A stretch of 63,903 bases of DNA, filler included, from Intoshia linei (taxonomy: Eukaryota > Animalia > Orthonectida), in NCBI GenBank assembly GCA_001642005.1. It is 4 parts of 4 records of this genome, joined end to end, with 100 filler letters (N's around TTAATTAATTAA, not from the genome) between each part and the next. Parts side by side here need not be neighbours in the genome. Positions count along the whole stretch, not along the records: positions 5,317 to 25,876 come from LWCA01000685.1; positions 25,977 to 54,400 come from LWCA01000435.1; 2 more parts are not named here. The stretch is one strand, 5' to 3'. Both the position numbers and the translations under genes were made by a program. The notes beneath the pieces are model-generated. The model saw nothing but the letters and a program-made list of their open reading frames with translations, ran no database searches and was not told the DNA's origin. Shown here one piece after another: positions 13,601-26,299 of this stretch. Numbering within the stretch: the stretch's first letter is position 1; each line of letters opens with the position of its first letter.

Positions 13601-16600
13601 CTAATGTCAGTGAAAAATTATGAAAATATGCATAAAAACCTCAAAATGTTTTTTCACTATTCAGTATTTAATATTGACTATATATTTATTAATCTTATAA
13701 TTAAACCAACTTTACTCTTGAGTAAATCGTAAAAATAGTACCTAAATTAAATCTGCCTACTTTTTTAATTCTACCAAAAATTAAATTCAATAATTATTGA
13801 TCTTACATAAAAATGAGAATATTCATTAGAATAAATGCTTTAAACTGAACCCAAACTTGTTTCATCATGGACCGGTCAACTTGATATGTAATTTTTTGTA
13901 TATATATCAACAGGAATAATATTTTTTGAATTGTAAGACCATTAATTATTTGATATTTTTTATTTTAATGTCAATGAAATAATTTATAAATAATAATGAA
14001 AGTGTATAGTAAATTGCTTTTTTCACGGTGACGGCTTAAGTTTATGGCATTGAATTGTATGAATATTTATGTTAAATGGAAAAATTATAACATTTTATTT
14101 TTTTATATTTTTTAAAATGATGGTCTAAATAACTTGATTTCGAAAAATAAAATTTTCGATAAAACCTGACTCTCAAAGAACTGTATTAGAAATTGGTGTT
14201 TTGAAAACTTCATCCCTCTTACTTTCTTATATAAATGGTTACAGACGAACAGACATACCGACATTTATAGCTAAATTACATTATATAAGTAAGGAATCCC
14301 AGGGCGGATTCAAAGGTTGCAGAATGTGCAGTTGCACCCCTAAATTTTGATTAATGTTTCGTAAAATAACTGAAAAAGGTTTTAATTTATTAAAACGGGT
14401 CATTCTGAAGATTTGAAAGAATTTGCAGAAAAATATGAATTGTTTTTTCCATGCATATTATTAGATGAAGATCTCAAAGCAGAATATATTAGATGGAAAA
14501 AAAAGAACTTGATTTAAAGACCCTCACCACCCTCATAAAATTAATCGAAAGCTGCAATTCTAATTTGTTTCCAAATATTCATCAACTTTTAATTATTTTG
14601 GCAACATTGCCAATCACCACATGTGAATGTGAACGCTCCATTAACATTTTGAGAAGATTGAAAACCTTTTTAAAACTAACAATGACTGGTAATCGTCTAT
14701 GTGGACTGGCCCTCATGAATTGCCACTATGACTATAATTTTTATATTGAAAGTTTGGTTAATGAATTTACAATACTTCATCCAAGAAGACTGAACCTAAT
14801 TGATTTAGGATTATTTAATGAACAAAATTAACTTCTCTTTTTTTGTACTGATCATTTTTTTTATTTTTGCGAAAAAATACAAATTTGGAAACTATTGTAT
14901 AACAACCTTTAAATAAAATTAAAAGAAGCGCATTAAAATCAAACTAGACGCTTTGATATTAAAACAGACGCCCAATTCAAGTTTTGGCCTAGGACGAAGT
15001 TAAATATATTACTCGCTTCGCTCGCACCCCATTAACTAGCCTCTTGGATCCACCCCTGCATCCTTACAAAGGATTTTTTATTACGAAACATATCTTGTCT
15101 AAAATATCACGTTATATGTTTATTATTATTAATATTTTATTAATATTTTATATTCAATAAAAATTATACATTTACACATATATTTAAATCATTATATGAA
15201 CATCAATCAACATGTATTGAGTTATTTATTCTATATAAATTAAAAAGGTAAGCTACCTTTGATGGCACATTTATTCAGTTTGTAATGTATTAAATTTATC
15301 TATACTGGGAATTATTATTTAGAATTTAGAAATTTGATAATTCAATAAACTAAATAGATCAATATTGTTTCAATTCTTTCCTCTAATACAGTGTTTCCTA
15401 ACCGTGGGGATAGGGCTACTGGTGGGGTCGGAAGAAATTTTCGGTGGCCATCAGGAATTTGATGGAGCTTGATAAATTTCACAAATTTATTGGAATTATG
15501 AAATTTTTAGATTGATTTAAATGAAATTTAATAATTTATAATACATCACCTTCGAAAACCTGTTCTAGAAAGTGGGTTTTTTTAATTATGGACTTTTAAT
15601 TTTTTAATTAAGTGTTAACACATACAGACATTCAATTTTATATAAACAAAGCAAGTTATCACGTCATACATATTATTAAAACAATCTGTAATAACTTTTA
15701 AATTCTTACATGACGATCAATGATGAATCAAATTTCAATGACTCAGTGACATCATTGATTCTATAAAATAAATCTTATAATTACCTCGACTTTCGACAAT
15801 CTATATCTTTAGATTTGTAATTTATTACAATTTTTCTTTTGTGATTAAACTGTTATATCAACCCCAAAAAAAATTAGGGTGTACCTTAAATTTAGATACA
15901 AAAAACTCACCTGTAACATATAAAAATTATATTGACCATAAATTATTATAATATTAAATAGCTATTTAAATATGAATAATTATAATGCATCTTCAATTTA
16001 GCAAAAATAATAGAATATACTGGATTTATTTCCCAAAATACAACAAATGAAGAATATGTTTTAAAAACCAAGTTACATTTCATTATTATAAAAAAACGAG
16101 ATACAAGCAGCAATTCGCAAATTTTTAACAGGAATCCAACAAATATTGGTAATTTAAATATAATTAGATTCTGAACATAAAAATTAATTATTCGAACACT
16201 AACTTTTTTATAAGTCATTAGATAACCTAACTCAACGTTTAATAATGAAAAAATATTTTCATTTGCAATAAAGCACGGTAGCACCCTGGCGGTAACAACA
16301 TAGTAAAAATGAGTATCTATTTTCCAGAAAAAAAACAATATAAAAAAAATTGATGGAAAATTGATAATAATAAAATCAGGAATCGATGTAATAAATTTGA
16401 AACACCTATTCCATGGAATTAATATACTCATATTTGATACATAAAAATCGTTTTTAGACGAATCAAATCCTACAAACCAAAATAAAACTTTGTTGAAAAT
16501 GCCAAATTTGCTTGAAGAAGATACATTGTTAAAAAAATTTGTGATGCATGATATGAAAATGAGTGAAAAATTCATGAATGCCACAAAAAGCGAAATTTTA

Positions 16601-17677
16601 AAAAACGTAAACATAAATGCAACGCAAATATACACAGTACAGAGGAAAATACGAATAATCGTCAACAACAGACAAAAGTTGTTGGTGACATTAAGAAATC
16701 TCAATCTATGGCGTTGGTTGCAAACTATACACAAATGCAACATTTATATATCCATTAAAGGTGGAGAAAGGGAATCGCTAGTAGACTTATGTTCACAACT
16801 TACATCGACATTATTTTATTATGAAACGGATGAAAATTGGATAGAAATTACATTCTTTAATGAATTTTACGACCCAGTCGTCCAACAGTTTACGAGCAAT
16901 CACAACACATTTCAAGAAACTTTGAAATACTTGTTGACTGTCGAAGGTAATTAATTAGTTAATTAGATAATTAATTAATTTTTTTGGTTTTAAATGTTTT
17001 AATTTAAATTTAGTGCATGGATGTTCCGATTATATACCAACAAATCGTGTAATGAAAACTATTCGACACGGTGAAGTTACACGAGTGATATGTCCATCAA
17101 ATAATGAATCATGGTTCGTAACATGCAGTCACAATAATAGATGGATAGGGCAAATAGGTTTATGTTCAAATCTTCCCAAATCAAATGTCACTTTTTTTGA
17201 TAATATTCATTCAATATTGGGTGTAAACAGAGGATATACCTCTAGTATCATGACAGCAATTATAATTGGAGTCATTTTTGGAATTTCACTGGGAATTATG
17301 TATTTATGCTGCATATACACATGTTACAAGTAAACTTGACTAAATTATGTATGGTATAATATTTATTATTTAGACGGAAAAGTTACAACATCAAAACCAG
17401 TCAATATCAAAATACTATCAATTCAATCGATCCAAACACAAGCTATAATTTAGTCGATAGACCAAAACACCATCAGAGTAGAATTTACAAAACTTTAAAT
17501 CCAGCATACACTCAAAATGATCCATACAAATACACGGATACTTCAATTAACTCTAAAAATACAAAATCAACATTTTATGCAAATACTGACGGACATACCA
17601 AAAGTAAAAAAAAACATGATCCAGATAAAGATATTGCCACCATTAAAGACAAAAAAACAAGATATATACGGTTTTGA
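10664..17677 (+). CDS. Type I membrane protein: signal peptide, SUEL/rhamnose-binding-lectin-like domain, CUB-like domain, sushi-like module, TM helix, cytoplasmic tail
   Basis: Phase-consistent exons ~10664-10709, 10808-11102, 11194-11375, 16001-16148, 16458-16946, 17014-17329, 17374-17677. Motifs EYC..DIFDLNC, AKYG, C..DVKEYLNSKCAGHEKCSI..PC..SYLQFNYDC (SUEL); HGC..VIC..ESWFVTC..NRWIGQIGLC; TM IMTAIIIGVIFGISLGIMYLCCI. Confidence 0.75.
12228..13571. mobile_element. pogo/Tigger-type MITE hosting a nested Helitron
   Basis: TIRs CAGTGGTCGCTCCCTAAATTGAACA / TGTTCAATTTAGAGAGCGATCACTG, each flanked by TA. Confidence 0.88.
12377..13412 (-). mobile_element. Complete non-autonomous Helitron (~1.04 kb)
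   Basis: Minus strand starts A|TCCTAACTTATATA followed by a (TG)n/TGTC tract; ends with hairpin GCTGTTTGTAC-GTA-GTACAAAACAGC then CTAG|T; no TSD. Confidence 0.85.
14300..15058 (+). mobile_element. hAT (Tip100/Zaphod-like) deletion derivative retaining the C-terminal dimerisation domain (ORF 14493-14831)
   Basis: FPNIHQLLIILATLPITTCECERSINILRRLKTFL..MTGNRLCGLALMNCH is the hATC signature; termini CAGGGCGGATTCA / TGGATCCACCCCTG. No clear TSD. Confidence 0.85.
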
Positions 17678-17745
17678 AAAGTATTTAATGTACAAAATTT
17701 GTAAACAAAGTTATACATTTAGTTAATAAACAGTTTTCATATCTA

Positions 17746-18428
17746 ATCCTCTTTCCTATAAATTAAAATAATTAGAATCCATATTAAATAAAATACTACA
17801 CCTTACAATGAATGTACAGTAATTTTTTTAAAAATAAAATGAGATCTAGAAGTTTAAAAAACATTCTGATACAGATTTTAAAAGCAAGAGCATTATCATA
17901 TATTTCAAACGTAAAAACTTAAATCTTTACGGCCAAAACCCCAACTTTACATTATTTTGTAATGTAATTGTAATGTTATTTTGTAAAATGACAAAAAACT
18001 AATAGCCCTACAATTTTAAAAAATATAAAATTTAATAAAGCTATTTTCAGTTAGCATGTGTAAAAAATTTCATTGTCACAAAATGAAACATTCACGGTCA
18101 AAAATGGACACTACTATTTACACTTTTTTTGGGAAATTATATCATTAAAATAAAAAAACGAATCAAGTCGTCCTGTTTTTACTTTATTTTTAAATGTTAA
18201 CAAACAAAAAATTAAGATGGAATAATCCATTTTAAAGTAAAAAGTAATGTGATATGATGGTTCCACCTGATACAAATTTAGGAACCACTCCTTTAAAACA
18301 TTGATAATAGTGAATAGTAGGATTTTTAAATTGGATTTTCAACGTGAATTTATTTTTTAAATATAATAAAAATGTGCCCTCGTCAGAGCTAGGTCCTGTT
18401 TGTACGTAGTACATAACAGTCAACCTAG
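17746..18428 (+). mobile_element. Helitron family copy with intact 3' hairpin and CTAG; 5' boundary approximate
   Basis: GTGCCCTCGTCAGAGCTAGGTCCTGTTTGTACGTAGTACATAACAGTCAACCTAG|T matches the 12377 terminus. Confidence 0.7.
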
Positions 18429-18512
18429 TATTAATATAATTCTGCAGCAAATTAAGCGGCGCTCATTTTCTACATATGTCATTTTTATATTAGAAAAATG
18501 GAATAGTCATTT

Positions 18513-18875
18513 TTACATTGTACAAAGTACATAAAAGTGCAATTCACTTATGCACTGTATATAGTTAAAATATAAAAATATATTCCAAATAAAACATACA
18601 CAGATAATATACGGAGTAAAATTTTGATATTTTATTGAATTATCCGAATTAATAGATCGATCAACTTTAAAAGACAACTTTTTTAATGCACAAGATTCTT
18701 CCATTTTTAAAATAATACGATTTCCACAAATTTTATACCATTTTTTCCCTAGTACAGGTAATTGTTCAGATGAAATAATGTGAGATTCAAATTGAGTTTT
18801 TCTTGTGTGGTTTGTTATTATAATCTGAAAAGTTTTAAGAATAACTAGCATAAAGATGACACAGAATAATAACAT
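18513..18875 (-). CDS. Putative insulin/relaxin-like peptide precursor with atypical A chain
   Basis: Hydrophobic N-terminus MLLFCVIFMLVIL; B-chain spacing CG-x10-C (KICGNRIILKMEESC) bracketed by KK; removing a GTATGT..ATACAG intron yields YIICC. Confidence 0.55.
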   Translation of the reverse strand: MLLFCVIFMLVILKTFQIIITNHTRKTQFESHIISSEQLPVLGKKWYKICGNRIILKMEESCALKKLSFKVDRSINSDNSIKYQNFTPYIICVCFIWNIFLYFNYIQCISELHFYVLCTM

Positions 18876-18919
18876 TTATAGTATTGTATGACACATACAT
18901 CTATTACATACATGTAAAA

Positions 18920-19740
18920 CAAGCGGTTCCCAAATGAGAAACCAGAAATTATTTTGGGGTCCAGCTCTTCTGATACTATCACACATAAATTATACATATT
19001 TTTTAAATTCCCAAAAAAAATGAAAATATAAGTTAATTTGTAATAATATACTTAGTTCCTTATGCATTTACGTCTATTTGATAGTATCTGTGATTTTAAG
19101 GTTACATATTAAATATATGTACGTCCCTATTTCGTTAGTTCAATCATTAACGATTTTTTAGAAATCCATTTTTGGTCAAGCAGAGTATTAACAATTTTAA
19201 ATTTTTAATACAATTTTTTTAATTCATACAATGTCATAGTTACATTAAATTTAAATTATTATAGTAACGAAATTATTTTTTTTCAGTTTAGGGGTACTAA
19301 CAGAGCCGTTTTAAGGCATGGGAAATATGTGCTGTAGCCCAAGGCCCCTCATTCAAACAGGCCCCAAATTAATAAAAGTTCTTTACATTTATATCAAAAA
19401 AAGGCCCCCGATTTATTAAAAAATACTTCACATTTACATCTTAAGAATCAGTTTATAAGTTTTGAAGTGTGGGAATTCAAATAGCTAGAAAGAAAATAGT
19501 TTAAAGAATCAAAGTTCTAGTAATTATTCAATTTAAAATATAATGCTTTTATTAATACACAATGAAATAAGACTCTAAGTCTCAAACCAACAGTATGCCC
19601 TGTCTTCTAAACAGGGGACCTAATTTTTTTTATCGCTTTCCTCGAAATTTTAAAGGGTCGGGCCCTTTGCTTAGCCCAGGGCCACGAAGTGGCTTAAAAC
19701 GGCTCTGGGTACCAACTGTAAAGTATGTTGGGAACCGCTG
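18920..19740. mobile_element. hAT Buster-type MITE hosting a nested MITE
   Basis: Ends CAAGCGGTTCCCAA / TTGGGAACCGCTG; flanks ATGTAAAA / ATGTAAAG (7/8 TSD). Confidence 0.8.
19301..19707 (+). mobile_element. hAT MITE, CAGAGCCGT family, copy 1
   Basis: TIRs CAGAGCCGTTTTAAG / CTTAAAACGGCTCTG; TSD GGTACTAA / GGTACCAA. Confidence 0.9.
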
Positions 19741-19941
19741 ATGTAAAGTTAAAATAATCGAATATCGCTTATTTCTTCCAACCCAAATACGAACATACAA
19801 TGTTTAGACCCCGCCAAAAATCTAAATGTGTCCTTAAAAAATTGCCCCACAAATTATGCGTAATGTTATATAACTCCATGTCACCTCTCCACGATCCTAT
19901 AGTAAATAGTAATAGTCAAAAAATATATTATATATGAATAT

Positions 19942-20515
19942 TAGGGTGTCACACCCATCAAAGAATTCGATGGGCAATTAGCACTAAAAGTGTGTATTTT
20001 TAAAATAGAAACCCTAATTCGCAATCAAAAATATTTAACGCTATCTATTCGAGTTGCGTTNTTTTTTTGGATTTTATTAACGATTTAATTTCTCGAATTC
20101 TGGTTATTTACAATATAATAAATTCATTCAAATACAAGACATTCCCGATCTTGTTGATCATGTTTGCATTAAATAAAGTCATGTTTGCAATGAATATGGT
20201 CAATACAGAGATTCCATAATATACCAAAATTTATTACATATTTTTTGTTAAAATAACTTTTATTTATTTTATTATAAAGGCGTTATAAAGGCGGTACCAC
20301 GTTTAAAAGCTCAAACGTCGATTTGCGTTACAATAAAGTTCAGTTTTAATTTCTTCATAATATTTATACAGTGATATTTAAAATGACAAACGCAACTCGA
20401 ATAGATAGCGTTAAATATTTTTGATTGCGAATTAGTTTTTCTATTTTAAAAGTACACACTTTTAGTGCTAATTGCCCATCAAATTCTAAAATTTTTTAAA
20501 AAATGTGACACCTTA
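19942..20515. mobile_element. hAT (Ac-like TAGGG end) MITE with ~120-bp inverted arms
   Basis: 19942-20060 is the reverse complement of ~20389-20515; perfect 8-bp TSD ATGAATAT (19934-19941, 20516-20523). Another left end at ~54268. Confidence 0.9.
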
Positions 20516-20757
20516 ATGAATATACATTGTTATGTATATGTATATTAATATATATGTTAATAAACTATATACATTAATATGAATTATAGATGGCGGCGAT
20601 TATTTTTATTTTTTATCAATAATGACGAAAAGGAGGATATTATTCAAAAAAGGTTGGGAAACACTATCCTAACGTATAGTTTAAATACATAAGTATATTA
20701 AGTTTTTATAGAGAAAATAACAGTTTAGATATGTTAATAAAATAATAAAAAATTTAC

Positions 20758-21921
20758 CGCAACAGAATGATCATGAGCAATTTTTTTTAAGGTTAAACCA
20801 ATTTTTATTAACCTATTTGACCGTTCATATTGATCACAAGAATGATTTAAACGAAAAACGTGATCAATGCTATCAATAATAACTACTTTAATCTATAATG
20901 GACATTTGAAATTCAATTCAATATACATATACGTGTATATATAAATTTACCTCTTTATTTGCTTTCAAAAATGGACTTAGCCTTAATATGACATCTTCAA
21001 AGTCTTGAATAGAAATATGTTTATACTTGAACACTTTGGTAAAAATCAGTTTCAATTTACCATCAAAACTACTATCATAAGTTTTTTCGTAAATTTGTTT
21101 AATACGTTCAACTCTCATTTCTTTTTCAGTATCAATATAAAAAATTTTTTGATTAATTGAAATTAGTGAAGCAACTAATTGAAAACTAAAAAGTTTATTT
21201 TTTAAGTGACTCTAGAGCAGATGTGTCAAACTCAATTTTCTTGGCGGGCCGCACAAAAAAATCTTTACTCAAAACATTATATTAAAACAACAGTTTAAAT
21301 TAATAAAATGAAATATGAAACAATACAATAGTGGAATAATGGAATGAGTACAAATAATGTAAAAATTGTAATCATGAATAAATAAATCATGAAAAATATA
21401 TGAAAAAACTGTAAAAAAAGTTTGGGACCACTGGTTAAGACTCTAGACCACAACAGGTAGAGTCAAAAATTTTTAACTTTAGCAAAAAAACTACCATAAT
21501 GAATGATAAAAATTACCATAATTGACTTTTTCCACTTCCACACATCCCAGCAATTTCAACAAGCCTTGACGGTTCCAAAATATCAATAAAAATTTCAATA
21601 ATTTTGTTTGATTTAGCATTTAGACCTATATACATAGCTTTCATTTGATTGTTTAACTCTGACTCAAATAAATCATTGTCTGAATGGGTATATTGATAAA
21701 CTGCTTTACAATTTTGATATAATTTGATGCTTTCGGGTAAATTTAGATTTGTTACTAAAAATTTATCAAATTTTAACAAATTGGTTAATTTTTCTAATCT
21801 TACTAGTGGAAATTTTTTGTGGATTCAAATTCAATAAATCTTGTTTAGTTTCAATTCCACATGATTTAAGTTTCATGTATAAAGAAAATGAAAGCTCGGG
21901 TAAGACTAATAGACTGTCCAT
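20758..21921 (-). CDS. RAD51 paralog (RAD51C/RAD51B/XRCC3-like); C-terminal exons uncertain
   Basis: Walker A VEIAGMCGSGKSQL; FYIDTE..RVERIKQI; Walker B IKVVIIDSIDHVFR; LKKIAHDHSVA. Possible further exon at 19834-19896 (GEVTWSYITLRII). Confidence 0.8.
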
Positions 21922-22620
21922 ATTTTATGGCATATATTACAAAAAAGAAAATTCAAAGATATTTCTTGAAATTTAAATATTTTTAACAAACCAAAATAAA
22001 ACGTAAATAAATAAAATTTATTATAAATTTAAATTAAACTTCACTTTAGTTTGCAATTTCTATTTTTAATGTTTCTAAATTTAGTACGGTATTACTGTTA
22101 CAGTAGCTGTACCATTTTATATTTACAAATGTTAGCTAAATTTTAAAATTTAAATGTAAAATGTACATTATAGAGATAAAAATAATACATAAGGAATAAT
22201 GTTTAATTGTGTATAAAAAATGACAAGAAATAAATGTGAGACTATTTTATCAATATTATCTAAAAATTTATTTTAGATTAGATTTAGATTTAGATAGTCG
22301 CAGGATTTAAAAAAACCCAATTTCTAATTGAGTTTTTCCCAGAGTGTGTTTTTATCCAATTTTTAGATTCAGAATTTGAATCTTTCATGGTCAAAAACAC
22401 AATTTCCCCTTTTGTTTAAATCAGCCAAAAAATGTAATAAAACATACATTCTAAGATGCGTTTTAAAATCATAAACATTGTCGATAATGTCAGCCTCAGA
22501 CACGCATACCTTTATGGTCAAAACCACAAATTACCTTTTTTTTTAAAAATGAAACATTTCCTAAAATTTTTTTAAACATAAATTCTGGGATAATTTTTAA
22601 AATCATAAACATTATCATTA

Positions 22621-25248
22621 ATGGAAACCACAAAAAAAATAATTTTCACTATCAAAACCTCACATTATTACGACCAGGTTAAAGTAATAATATTTAATCT
22701 CATCCCTAGTCTACAAGAAATGCTACTAGATAATGATTTACCAAAAGATGTTCCTGAATTAATATTAAAAATCAAACAAATGGAAGGATTAAAAAGTGAA
22801 TCAAGATGTAATGCTATGGAAAAAATTGTAAATTTAAAAATTGAATTTCCTATTCGCAAATTTGTAATTAAAATAAACAGACTCGTAAAATTAGCTCACC
22901 GAAATGATGATAAAAATGTTATTTGTCAGGAAATAATTCTTAACTGTTTAAATAAATTTAATTGGACAAGCTATACAAGTATTATCAATATAACTACAAA
23001 TTTGGAAACAAGAATCGAATTATTGGAAATGAATCCTCCAAAACCAATGTCATTACGACCTTTACAAAATCAATTTCAACATCAAAATTATTCTACAAAA
23101 TATTCCAATGTAAACAAATTTTGTCAAAAATCAATAAATTGTAATTATTTGACTCCATTATTTTATATAAATTGTACGATCAACAATATTTCTATAAATT
23201 GTCTTATTGATACTGGTGCTGTTTCTTCCTATTTACCTGACACTTTTAAAGCTAACAGACCAAGTTCTAAAAGGTATACAGATGTAAAGGGGAACTCAAT
23301 ATTGAATAAGGGAACGTTGCAAATTGTTATTTTTATAAAATCTCTAAATTGCCTCTTTACTCATAATTTTGTAATATCCAATGTACAAAAACCAATACTG
23401 GGCTTTAATTTCTTTCTTAATCATAACATTGATATATTACAAAATCTTATGCGATTAAATATACCTCATTCAAAATCTCAAATTTCCTTTATTAAAAATA
23501 AAATATCAATTGGTATTGATCCTTGTGATCCTAATATAAATGGTAAAATTGACACAAATATGGTCTTTTTAAACAAATCCTTTGAAATGCATTATTAATA
23601 AATTTCAACATGTATTCTCATTGAAACCTAGCTGTTCAAAAAATTATATGGTTCATTGCTGTCCACAAACGTGGCATCCTGGTATTAGGGGTGTTATAAC
23701 TGTTATTTCCCGTTTATTTTATTGTCTAGGCCTTGAAAAATCCGTAAAAACGTTTATAAAAAATGGTGTCACTTGTAATTAACAAAATTCTAATCGATTT
23801 CATCACAATTTACCTCTGAAACAACAAAATACTTCTCGGTTCAATGAATTATGGCAACTAGATTTTGCTGGTTTTTTTCCTGAATCAGCTAATTACAAAA
23901 AATATTTATTAGTTATGATCAATCATTTTTCTGGTTGACCCGAAATTATTCCTGTTCAAAATTTATCCACAGAAAACGTTATTGAACAAATAAAAACTGA
24001 CATTATAGCTCGCTATGGAGTACCATCACGTATTCATACTGACTGCGGTACACAATTTAAATCAAAACTGGTGCGTAAATTATGTAATGATTGCGAAATT
24101 CGCAAAACTAGTTCAACTCCATACAGACATCAAAGCATTGGCCATGTGGAACGGTTAAACAGAACTATCAAAGATAAACTACGTTGCTAATGTAAAAATA
24201 ATGTCTCAAATTGGTGTGATTTTAAACCAAATATATTAATGGAATTACGTAATACACCAATTGAAAAAAATTCGGTTTCTCCGTCTGAAATTGTTCTTGG
24301 TCGTAATATATCTTTGCCGTTTATACCTCAATGATATCTTACATGTTACTTAAAAATTAAATCTTACATGTTACTTAAAAATTAAATCTTACATGAATTC
24401 TAATAAAAAACGTAAAAATTCGATTTATAAAGCAAAAGAATATAGAAAACCTTACAATGCTCGAGTCAAACGCAATTATGATAAAACGATACCTAAAAAG
24501 CCTACATATCATTATGAAGCTTATACTCCTATTTGGCCAAAAACAAGCAAATTTCAACAACCATTTATGAAACGTTCAATCTCCTACCGCTGAAATTGTA
24601 AAAAGTTCATCTCTTCTCTTACTAAAAACTGTGAAGATACTACATCCACTACATTCAAACGTAATGAAACACCGATTAACTCAAAAATAAATAATACTAG
24701 TTTACCTGAAGAAATCATTGTTACTGAAACAAATCCACAATTAAGAGATCAAATTTCTAATAAACACTTTCAAGGCAATATTCCAATTGATAAAAAAATT
24801 TTATACCACCTAGTAGAAAAAAATATTTTCCAAAACGATTTGATGATTTTTACATTGACACTGATTATGCCGAGACACCAATTAAGAAACATGCCTATTT
24901 TTATACAGGTAGCACATTAATTGTTACACCTAAACCAACAATCACCGATTCTGACACCGAAAACTTGTTTAATGTTTCTACCATATCATGAGAGAGTAAT
25001 GATGACATTTTATCAGTCCGCCAACAAATCAAAAAAATTTTTGAAAATATAGATATATCAAATAATGTTCCCACAGAATCTGGAAAAGAGGTGTAGCGTT
25101 GCTATAACCTTCACGTTTATATATTAATTACATATTGATACAAATGCTATTTACAGGTGTGCTATTCAAATAATAATTTATACTTTCTCAAAGTCACTTT
25201 TACAAATAGATTCTAAGAGAAGCTTTAAATTATAATTTCTTGCTACCA
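22621..25248 (+). mobile_element. Ty3/Gypsy LTR retrotransposon remnant: gag-like + protease ORF, broken integrase, PPT and short 3' LTR; RT/RNase H deleted
   Basis: Protease CLIDTGAVSS..PILG (22621-23598); integrase HPGI.., WQLDFAG, IIARYGVPSRIHTDCGTQF, STPYRHQSIGHVERLNRTIK with stops and frameshifts; polypurine GGAAAAGAGG then TGTAGC (25092)..GCTACCA (25248). Confidence 0.9.
24336..24395 (+). repeat. 25-bp tandem duplication (2.4 copies) inside the Gypsy remnant
   Basis: ATCTTACATGTTACTTAAAAATTAA twice plus ATCTTACATG. Confidence 0.9.
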
Positions 25249-25490
25249 ATAAATTATTAGACCTATCTCATTACATAATACAAATTTATTTTTATTTGCA
25301 CGAATTCATATACACAGTAGGGTGTTAAATTTTTGATAGAATTTTATCAATTAAAAAAATACAAGGCCGTACGGTATATGAAATGCAATAAAAATAACAT
25401 CTGCGGTGTTTGTTTTTAATATTATTACAAAAACATCGGCCTGCTTTATTAAAATTCAAAAATACCCATAATATTTTGAACTGAAATTTA

Positions 25491-25876
25491 TCTTAACTTA
25501 TATGAAAGGCTACGCGATTTTTGTTTGTGTGTCTGTCTGTGACTTTATTGAAATAACTACCACTCTTAGAATTTTTTAAAGACCATTTCAATCACAGTTT
25601 TTTCCGGGCGTATAATAAGATAAATTTTAACCTCCCAATTTCACATCTTAAGGGTCAAAAACCCCTATTGTCTTTCTTTTTAAAAATCCAACGAATTGGA
25701 GAATTTAAAAATATATATCTGATACGAATTTTAAAATCATAAAAATTATCATAAATTTAAATTTAAACAAAATATATCTTCAGAGCCAAAGCCCCAAATT
25801 ACCCTTTTTTTTTAATGAAAAGAGCCCTAGAATTTCAAAAAATTTACAGGTGGTACAGTTGTATCCTGTTAACACA
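25491..25876 (+). mobile_element. Helitron family 5' part
   Basis: TCTTAACTTATATG..GCTACGCGATTTTTGTTTGTGTGTCTGTCTGTG; reverse complement of 13065-13412. Confidence 0.85.
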
Positions 25877-25976
25877 NNNNNNNNNNNNNNNNNNNNNNNN
25901 NNNNNNNNNNNNNNNNNNNNTTAATTAATTAANNNNNNNNNNNNNNNNNNNNNNNNNNNNNNNNNNNNNNNNNNNN
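25877..25976. other. Artificial contig spacer
   Basis: N-run + TTAATTAATTAA + N-run. Confidence 0.97.
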
Positions 25977-26299
25977 TTTTCTCCACAAACAAAGCAGGAA
26001 TTTCACTTTTTGTAAAAAAAATTAAGAAAATATAAAAATAAACTTAAATTTAGTTAATTACTTAATTGGTCAACGCTTAGTCATTAATGAGTATTTTAAA
26101 GAATTAGTCATGGGATTGTCATTTTTTTTAAAATTACATCTAATTTACTGGATATGTTTTTGAATTTCTTAAAAAAAATATTTGATGTGACTTGTAATAT
26201 AATATACTATATAAACTTGTAATAATTAGAATGATTGAATTTTTATATTTTGATATATTTTACCATATTGTGTCAATTCTTGAAAGATGTAATGATGAA

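Noticed and set aside
15946-16743. 265-aa hydrophobic minus-strand ORF
   Set aside because: Antisense shadow of the A-rich receptor exons; no motif.
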